Shown here piece after piece: positions 9,400-15,493 of a stretch of DNA of 64,000 nt; the stretch's first letter is position 1, and every line of letters begins with the position of its first letter. The translations under genes were made by a program, and so were the position numbers. The notes under the pieces are model-generated. The model did not search any database and was not told the DNA's origin. It saw only the letters and a list, made by a program, of their open reading frames with translations. This DNA comes from a virus (Duplodnaviria; Caudoviricetes), in IMG/VR virus record IMGVR_UViG_3300021400_000046, positions 1 through 64,000 of that record. One strand, 5' to 3'.

Positions 9400-9481
9400 T
9401 GGCGACGGCTTGTAACGTCCTGCCAGGCTGCATTATGCCGCGATTTTTCCACCTCCTTCGCGGCCTACTCTGCATTTGTCA
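9400..9481 (-). ncRNA. Twister ribozyme, circularly permuted (P5-type)
   Basis: Minus strand AAUGCA-GAGUAG-[P1 GCCGCGA/UCGCGGC]-AU|AAUGCAGC-[P3]-GACG-UUACAAGC-CGUC; T1 UUAC/GUAG and T2 GC/GC pseudoknots; predicted cut between 9435 and 9434. Confidence 0.85.
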
Positions 9482-9649
9482 GAAATTTTCCATCAGGTAT
9501 TCAAATCTGTTTTGAAATGCCTCCATTGCCGTTTGTTTTGTCCATCCGATATGAACGGCAAATTTGATCCATCTTCCGTCCGGCGCTGAAATTTTCCAAT
9601 ACTCGCGCCCGAAATAATCCTTTACAAGCTCGACTTTTCCGATCTGCAT
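9479..9649 (-). CDS. hypothetical small protein
   Basis: Start ATG 9649 (MQIGKVEL) after AAGGAGG. Confidence 0.65.
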   Translation of the reverse strand: MQIGKVELVKDYFGREYWKISAPDGRWIKFAVHIGWTKQTAMEAFQNRFEYLMENF

Positions 9650-9662
9650 GAGATTTTCCTCC

Positions 9663-9815
9663 TTAATATTCGTCATATTTTCCAGCATGGAATTTTCCGA
9701 TTGCTTCTTCATCGTTTTCCGCATAGATTCTCGCGTGGAAATTTCCGTCAATCAGGACGAAATAGCCCCATCTGTCAGCCCACAAGCTGCCGAATGCTTT
9801 TCTTGCAATCTCCAT
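9663..9815 (-). CDS. hypothetical small protein (not in ORF track)
   Basis: AGGAGG RBS; MEIARKAFGSLWADRWGYFVLIDG... Confidence 0.6.
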   Translation of the reverse strand: MEIARKAFGSLWADRWGYFVLIDGNFHARIYAENDEEAIGKFHAGKYDEY

Positions 9816-9827
9816 CAAATTTTCCTC

Positions 9828-10034
9828 CTAATCGTCATAGTCATAATCGCAACCGTCATCGTCGTTTTCGATAGGATCGAAATACAAGCAACGGTATTGA
9901 TTTACGATTTCTTCCAGAGATTTTCCGCTATCAGCCGCTTCCCGTCTTAGGTCATAGGCGCAACATCCGCCTTTATTGTTGTCGCATCTCTTGCAATGCT
10001 CGAATGTGCAAGCGATTGTTTCCACATAACGCAT
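9828..10034 (-). CDS. small Cys-rich protein
   Basis: AAGGAGG RBS; CTFEHCKRC...CC; acidic tail. Confidence 0.6.
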   Translation of the reverse strand: MRYVETIACTFEHCKRCDNNKGGCCAYDLRREAADSGKSLEEIVNQYRCLYFDPIENDDDGCDYDYDD

Positions 10035-10048
10035 CAAATTTTCCTCCT

Positions 10049-10219
10049 TCAAATCAATTCGAACAATTCATCGAATCCGTATTCTTCACACCAATCGCAT
10101 TTGGTATCTTCGGGATCGTCGGCAAATTCTCCGTCCGTCCAAATCAGGCGGGTGATTTGCTTGCCTTCATGAGCTTCAATTCCCATCAGGCAATGGCGGC
10201 AAACTTTCATATTTTCCAT
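10049..10219 (-). CDS. small CxxC...CxxC zinc-binding protein
   Basis: CRHC and CDWC motifs; AAGGAGG RBS. Confidence 0.65.
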   Translation of the reverse strand: MENMKVCRHCLMGIEAHEGKQITRLIWTDGEFADDPEDTKCDWCEEYGFDELFELI

Positions 10220-10260
10220 TTGGATTTTCCTCCTTAGATTTTCCAATTGATTTTCCGTTT

Positions 10261-10326
10261 TGGGCTGCCATCATCAGGCCGGATAGCCCATCTTCCGGCG
10301 ACGGGCATTTGCTGCCCGTTTCGGCA
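10261..10326 (-). ncRNA. Hammerhead ribozyme, type II with pseudoknot
   Basis: UGCC-GAAA-[III CGGGC/GCCCG]-UC|-[I GCCGGA/UCCGGC]-CUGAUGA-U-GGCA; loop I UGGGCU pairs with 3' AGCCCA; predicted cut between 10300 and 10299. Confidence 0.88.
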
Positions 10327-10349
10327 AATTTTCCGAATGCCGCACCTCC

Positions 10350-10556
10350 TTAATTTTTCCGCACGGTAAATTCATCATCGGCCACGATCTGAAAATGCTT
10401 GTTTTCAAATAATAGCGTCGTTCCTCCTTTTCCGTCGTTTCCAGGAATGATCCCTTCAAAAATTACATGGATTTCCGGATTTCTGATAGACTTTCCGCAA
10501 TAATCGCCGTGTTTCTTTTCCAGCTCATTCCATTCTGATTTCTTGATATAATACAT
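10350..10556 (-). CDS. hypothetical small protein
   Basis: Start ATG 10556 (MYYIKK) after GGAGG. Confidence 0.65.
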   Translation of the reverse strand: MYYIKKSEWNELEKKHGDYCGKSIRNPEIHVIFEGIIPGNDGKGGTTLLFENKHFQIVADDEFTVRKN

Positions 10557-10569
10557 GGTATTTCCTCCG

Positions 10570-10971
10570 TCATGCCGCGATAGCATCCATATATTGCTCT
10601 GTTTTCACTTCTGCCGAAAGTTTGCAAAGCACATTGTACCTTTTAGATGTTTGTGCATCCCCGATCCGTTCATACTTGCCAATTCCGCTTGATACATAGC
10701 AACCAGAATGTGAAGGCCGCCATACCGTGATATGCAACATGGGAATATATCTTCCCGTTTCCACATTCCAGCGGCATCCATGTTCATTCGTTTTTGTTTC
10801 GTATTCGTTCCGATATTCGATCTTAAATTCAACGACATTCCCGTTGTCAAGCTCAATCTTTTTCGTCAACGTCTTTTCGCCCCAAATCACATAATACTGT
10901 AAATCAAGGCCGAATCCGTTTTGCGCTTGCGCGTTCCATTTGTTAAATTGTTCTCTTGTGATTTTTGCCAT
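10570..10971 (-). CDS. hypothetical early protein
   Basis: 133-aa ORF with AAGGAGG RBS. Confidence 0.75.
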   Translation of the reverse strand: MAKITREQFNKWNAQAQNGFGLDLQYYVIWGEKTLTKKIELDNGNVVEFKIEYRNEYETKTNEHGCRWNVETGRYIPMLHITVWRPSHSGCYVSSGIGKYERIGDAQTSKRYNVLCKLSAEVKTEQYMDAIAA

Positions 10972-10973
10972 TG

Positions 10974-11162
10974 TTATACCTCCTTGATAATTTCGCCTGT
11001 TTCATCGTCAATAGCCGCGATCTTGCATCCAACGGAAAAACCGCTGTTTTCGATATGCCGCCGATAATCTGGATCGTTCATTGCCGCAATTGCCGTATTC
11101 ATGGGATATTTTGCAATCTTAATCCATGCCCCATCATGGGCGTAAATCGTCGCTGTTTTCAT
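10974..11162 (-). CDS. hypothetical small protein
   Basis: 62-aa ORF with GGAGG RBS, directly downstream of the type I hammerhead. Confidence 0.7.
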   Translation of the reverse strand: MKTATIYAHDGAWIKIAKYPMNTAIAAMNDPDYRRHIENSGFSVGCKIAAIDDETGEIIKEV

Positions 11163-11190
11163 TGTGATTCCTCCGTTGTTGTTTTTGGAT

Positions 11191-11271
11191 TATGCCGGAC
11201 GCCCCATTTCCGTCACTATTGCAACGGCGCGGGCGTTTCGTCTTAATTCTCAAAGACTCATCAGCGGCATT
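11191..11271 (-). ncRNA. Hammerhead ribozyme, type I
   Basis: AUGCCG-CUGAUGA-[II GUCUU/AAGAC]-GAAA-[III CGCCC...GGGCG]-UC|-CGGCAU; canonical core and GUC triplet; predicted cut between 11198 and 11197. Confidence 0.92.
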
Positions 11272-11277
11272 AGGGCA

Positions 11278-11607
11278 TTAGATGAATTTGCAATCGTAAA
11301 CCATGCCGAATGTCTCAACCATGATGGATTCTTGATTGAATTGCGCCTTCAGATACTCAACCATATCGGCCATATTCAGATCCCCCGATTCATCGGTTAC
11401 AATCTCAATGCGGATTGACGGCTCGCGCACAATATTGCCCGTGCTGCCCATCTTATACACGCCTTCGGCCTCCAGCATCGTAAAGGCGAAAACGTGAAAA
11501 CGGTTTAACAGAGTATCGGCCATCATGGATTTTGCGGCCTTCGTCTTGATTTCTTGCTTTTCGGAATCCTTATCAAATAATCCGATAGTCAATTGAAATT
11601 TTACCAT
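11278..11607 (-). CDS. putative SAM lyase-like / DUF3574-like protein
   Basis: GVY...REPS...QFNQESIMV parallels T3 SAMase GCY...EEKT...WEQDCVLV; first gene of the outermost early operon; start ATG 11607. Confidence 0.5.
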   Translation of the reverse strand: MVKFQLTIGLFDKDSEKQEIKTKAAKSMMADTLLNRFHVFAFTMLEAEGVYKMGSTGNIVREPSIRIEIVTDESGDLNMADMVEYLKAQFNQESIMVETFGMVYDCKFI

Positions 11608-11763
11608 TGTATTTTCCTCCGTTGTTGTCGTTGTTTTCATAACTGTTTTTCAATGCCTAATGGGATACGGTTTTTAATGGCTGCCGTTCAAAACCATTTG
11701 ATACAGATTTCTATGGCCGTATCAAATCGGCCTATTAAGTTTTCTTTTTCGGATTGCTTTTCT

Positions 11764-11781
11764 TGTTCAGTTTTCAAGATA
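11764..11781 (-). promoter_or_regulatory. rrn-like boxA antitermination element
   Basis: TATCTTGAAAACTGAACA in a roughly 260-nt untranslated leader, similar to Firmicutes rRNA-leader boxA. Confidence 0.55.
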
Positions 11782-11875
11782 CACATGAAACTAATTTTTC
11801 AACCGTCGATCCGTGGATTGCATTGCCTCCTTCCGTGGATTTGCTGCGCGGCTGTGATTTCGTTTTCATGGCTTT

Positions 11876-11903
11876 ATTATAGCGCGATCTCTGCAAATGT
11901 CAA
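11876..11903 (-). promoter_or_regulatory. sigma-A promoter of the outermost early operon
   Basis: TTGACA-16-TATAAT with A-tract UP element. Confidence 0.8.
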
Positions 11904-11970
11904 GACTTTTTTCATGATTTTTTTGAAAAAGATTGATTTTAGGCAATTCGCACAAATGGGAGCTGAAAAG

Positions 11971-11988
11971 CATAGTTATATCACTATG
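11971..11988. promoter_or_regulatory. third copy of the 18-bp operator
   Basis: CATAGTTATATCACTATG; partial fourth copy CATAGTGATATA at 12897-12908. Confidence 0.7.
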
Positions 11989-12126
11989 TCTTTTGTTCAA
12001 ACTGCACAACGGATCGGCCTGGACAGAGGAGGAAATGAATAACCTACTGAATTAGTAGGTAGATAAAATATTTTCGCTGCATCGTCAATTTTCGGAAAAT
12101 TTTGATTGCAATTCTGATCTGATTTC

Positions 12127-12155
12127 TTGCTAATTGCTATAGTTAGATATATAAT
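12127..12155 (+). promoter_or_regulatory. putative sigma-A promoter with no evident downstream ORF
   Basis: TTGCTA-17-TATAAT. Confidence 0.45.
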
Positions 12156-13182
12156 ACAATATAGGCAAGAGAAAACCATGTAATGTGAAATATTGGGACA
12201 TCTGATATGGCATATTAGATGATATAATATAGCATATTAGCTCAAAAAATTTTGAAATGGGCTGGAAAATTCGGGCTTTTGCCGAAATGGATATACCAGA
12301 TTTTTGCCTGTAAAGGGAAAAACCTTGACAATAAAACAAGTATTTCATGGACGATCTGAAAAGCGGCAAAATTCAAACAAAAATTTGATTTCTTGCAATT
12401 CTGTATTTTGCGCTTTTATAGAATTGCACAAAGTACCAATAACAGAGGGGGATATATATACATTATAAAAAAGAAATTGACCAGGGCAGCCGGTCAAATG
12501 TGATCCCCTCTAACCTCCCTTTTCAAAAAATCATCGAATAAAATCGTTCCTTTTCTTCTCATTTTAATCCCACTGTAAAATCCCAATTATTGCAATTCTA
12601 CCGAAAATGAAATTTTAGTTTTACAAAGCACCAGTTTATCGCATTTTGAAAAATGCACTTCGGTTCAATTTCAATTCAAGTCTTTGCTGCAAAGCACCAA
12701 TATTTCGATGTTAATTTCGGGAAACTAATTCTTCAAAAATCGCACCAAATAATTTCGTTAAAACCGCAATTTTCAACTTACCAATGTTTCGCATTTTGAA
12801 AATTTTATTTACACCATTGCTGCAAGTCAATACTCAGTAACATATTAAATTCGGGAATGGTTTTCTGAAAAATACTTTGATTTTTGTTCCGAAAAACATA
12901 GTGATATATTATCGAATTGGATATTACGATCTGATAACACGTTAATTTTGTATTGCCGCGAAATTCAATTCGCTTTTCAGTAACATTGTCTACAAATCAA
13001 AATTTAATTTCAAAGATGAAGAACTACACTACTTGATATAGTTTGTAAAATTCTTATTGATATTTTATCTATTATTTGAAGTCAGGACTGCATTCAAAAA
13101 GAATATCACACTTTCCCATTTTGATTCATTCTTGTTGGTTAATAGCTTGATGTAAAAATGGAAAAGTGTATTATTTCTTTTT

Positions 13183-13325
13183 AATACTATTCTTTATTTA
13201 TATACTATTAAAAAGAAATAATGAATAGTATATTCAATACAATTAAGAATTGTATTAAAAGAAATCAATACTGAACAGTATTGAAAATAGTATTCAATAC
13301 TGAATAGTATTATATATATATTATA
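13183..13325. repeat. array of AATAC/GTATT inverted repeats
   Basis: TCAATACTGAACAGTATTGA, AATACTGAATAGTATT, AATACAATT-AAG-AATTGTATT, AATACTATTC...GAATAGTAT, followed by a (TA)n tract. Confidence 0.7.
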
Positions 13326-13386
13326 ATAAGGAGAAATTCTTTTTTTGCTCTGGTTCGCTCCTTTAACAGATGTTGTGAAAACTACC

Positions 13387-13415
13387 TTGACAATTTTGCC
13401 TTAATCTGTTACAAT
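13387..13415 (+). promoter_or_regulatory. sigma-A promoter of the rightward operon leading to the RNAP gene
   Basis: TTGACA-17-TACAAT with extended TG. Confidence 0.8.
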
Positions 13416-13818
13416 GTGCTTGCCAACAAAGAGATGGCAATACATCAGGAAGGAGGTAATTCGGATCATAACGCAAAGCACAAAGAGTTTGCCCAATGGT
13501 TATACCAATGAGCAATGGCAATTGGATTTTGAAAAACTAAGATCGAGAGCTGTTCCTTCTGATAATGACCGTATGATTGTTCCACGAGAAGTTTCACGAT
13601 CTCAATACCAAGAATATCACGGTGATACTCAATATCAATACTATTGCCGGTTCATCAATGACATTCTTTCGAGCATTCGACGTGGCAGGATTGATTATTG
13701 CTTTTACATATATCAGATTGCAGAGCTTCTTCGTTTTGAACGAGAACGGCTGCAAGCAACATGGCTTGAAAAAGAGCGGTGTTTTCGTTTGAGTCTTAAA
13801 AACAGAAATGAAAAGTAA
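13414..13818 (+). CDS. hypothetical protein (true start probably near 13465-13468, non-ATG)
   Basis: Track ATG overlaps the -10 box; a strong AGGAGG at about 13450 is followed only by ATT/ATC/ATA codons. Confidence 0.6.
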   Translation: MCLPTKRWQYIRKEVIRIITQSTKSLPNGYTNEQWQLDFEKLRSRAVPSDNDRMIVPREVSRSQYQEYHGDTQYQYYCRFINDILSSIRRGRIDYCFYIYQIAELLRFERERLQATWLEKERCFRLSLKNRNEK

Positions 13819-14296
13819 GAAAACAAATATTCTTATCCAATGGATTGCTGCGCTGTTGATATTGATGATCTTTTTCCCGTTAAGGCAATGTTCTTCCAAT
13901 AGCGGCACTTCAACAACTTTGTTACCAGATAATCAAGCTGCGGAATGGAGTGGCAATCAATCACTTCCACGACAGGCTTGCCAAGAAGATAGTGGTATTG
14001 CCATTCCTGGATTTAATGAACTCGCGTTTTACGAAAACCAAAAAGATCAGCAAGTTAATTTCAATAACCCGGCCACAAACAATTGCCTATTTTTAATGAC
14101 ATTGTTCGTTAATGAAGAACAACTTTGGCAGTCTGGATATGTTGCGCCTGGTACTGGTTTTTATGAGATTGAGCTTGACCATTCTTTACAGGCCGGAGAA
14201 TACGATGGCTGTTTGAAAATTCAATGTTTTCGTGAAAATGGTGAAGAATTAAATTCTGCAAATGTAAACTTTCATTTATATGTTATTCAGAAATAG
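13808..14296 (+). CDS. membrane-anchored extracellular beta-rich protein
   Basis: N-terminal TM helix; IAIPGF...NP..N.C.F...LWQSG.V.PG. Confidence 0.65.
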   Translation: MKSKKTNILIQWIAALLILMIFFPLRQCSSNSGTSTTLLPDNQAAEWSGNQSLPRQACQEDSGIAIPGFNELAFYENQKDQQVNFNNPATNNCLFLMTLFVNEEQLWQSGYVAPGTGFYEIELDHSLQAGEYDGCLKIQCFRENGEELNSANVNFHLYVIQK

Positions 14297-14304
14297 GAGA
14301 AATA

Positions 14305-14847
14305 ATGAGAAACAGAATTACACTTATTAGACTATTATGTATTGCAATTTTTATTATTTGCTTCATTGGAATCATTGTCAGTATGTTTAACTTCCGAGTT
14401 TACGCGGATGATTCTTATGTTACGGGTGGGCATAGCACTTCAACGATTACATTTACGCAGCCAAGCGATTACTGCATTATCATTCCAGAAACGATTGATG
14501 CTTCTGCCGGAGCCTATGTGTTTCAGGCCGGTCAGCTTAACATCACAGAAAATGAGCGGGTGCTTGTTACTGTAACCAGCGTAAATCAAGATGGTAGAAT
14601 TACATTTACTCATGAGAATGGTGAGAACACATTAACCAAAGGAATTGTAACAGAAAATATTTCACAGAATGCTCTACCAGACGGTTTGCCCGAAAACTGT
14701 GTTGGTTATTTCACACCAGATAGTATTTCTTCCAAACTAAGTTTTGGATTAACAGAAGAAAGCTATGATTATGAAGGTTATATCAAAGCCGGTAACTATA
14801 CAGCGCTGGTAGAGTTCAACATCTATTTGGAAGGAAATAATAATTGA
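14305..14847 (+). CDS. secreted or surface beta-strand protein
   Basis: Signal peptide ending VYA; C-terminal AGNYTALVEF strand typical of WxL/pilin-like proteins. Confidence 0.6.
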   Translation: MRNRITLIRLLCIAIFIICFIGIIVSMFNFRVYADDSYVTGGHSTSTITFTQPSDYCIIIPETIDASAGAYVFQAGQLNITENERVLVTVTSVNQDGRITFTHENGENTLTKGIVTENISQNALPDGLPENCVGYFTPDSISSKLSFGLTEESYDYEGYIKAGNYTALVEFNIYLEGNNN

Positions 14848-15044
14848 AAAGTAATTTATTGATGAATTGCCTTTGGTACGAAGATATTTCGCCGGAACAA
14901 TTAACAGATGTTCTTGGAATTACATCAGAACAATTATATAGAAAGATTTTTCAAGAAGAAGATTTTACACTTGAAGAAATTAAAAAGATTTGTGAACTTC
15001 TTTCTTTAACTAAGGAGGAAACGGATATTATCTTTTTTATCTGA
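14844..15044 (+). CDS. Cro/XRE-like helix-turn-helix protein
   Basis: ISPEQLTDVLGITSEQLYRKI...FTLEEIKKICELLSL. Confidence 0.65.
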   Translation: MKSNLLMNCLWYEDISPEQLTDVLGITSEQLYRKIFQEEDFTLEEIKKICELLSLTKEETDIIFFI

Positions 15045-15053
15045 TTACGAACA

Positions 15054-15335
15054 ATGAATGATGAATACATACTTTTAAGTGATGCGCTTGAAATCGCAAT
15101 GCAATATTGCCCGGACGATGATGGATCATGTTCTAAAGCAGATCGAGATTTACGAGAAATGCTTGATGAATTAGAGGCTAAACAGGTTGATGCGCGGCCT
15201 GTTGTACAAGCTGATTGGTTGATGGTTTCTAATGGTTCCGGCGTTTGCTCTAATTGCAATAGGATTGACCACATAGATTCATTGGCTCGATACTGTCGAT
15301 ACTGTGGAGCGGAAATGCGAGGTAAAAATGAGTAA
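15054..15335 (+). CDS. zinc-ribbon hypothetical phage protein
   Basis: CSNC...YCRYCGAEM. Confidence 0.65.
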   Translation: MNDEYILLSDALEIAMQYCPDDDGSCSKADRDLREMLDELEAKQVDARPVVQADWLMVSNGSGVCSNCNRIDHIDSLARYCRYCGAEMRGKNE

Positions 15336-15493
15336 GATTTGTGCTGCCGCGAGTAACTGCCCTTTTTCACAACAACAAACAACTGCCGGTTGTCCGTGCG
15401 CAGAACTATGTCCTGGATTTTGCGAAGAAACGGAAACGTATTCAAGTACATCAACTGTACATTTAGAGAGCGCTCAGAAGGATTGGTGATAGG

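Larger units (their letters stand above)
3350..10520 (-). repeat. Dispersed, strand-polarised GGAAAAT(Y)T motif field
   Basis: About 45-50 ATTTTCC and about 75 TTTTCC on the + strand by manual count; almost none in the opposite orientation. Confidence 0.85.

Noticed and set aside
426-12042. Long plus-strand ORFs in the left arm (e.g. 426-914, 1983-2726, 3292-4161, 4151-4813, 8132-8692)
   Set aside because: Antisense shadows of RBS-bearing minus-strand genes; F/I-rich, no RBS
12600-13325. Possible CRISPR array in the repeat-rich gap
   Set aside because: Repeats are short, degenerate and irregularly spaced; no cas genes
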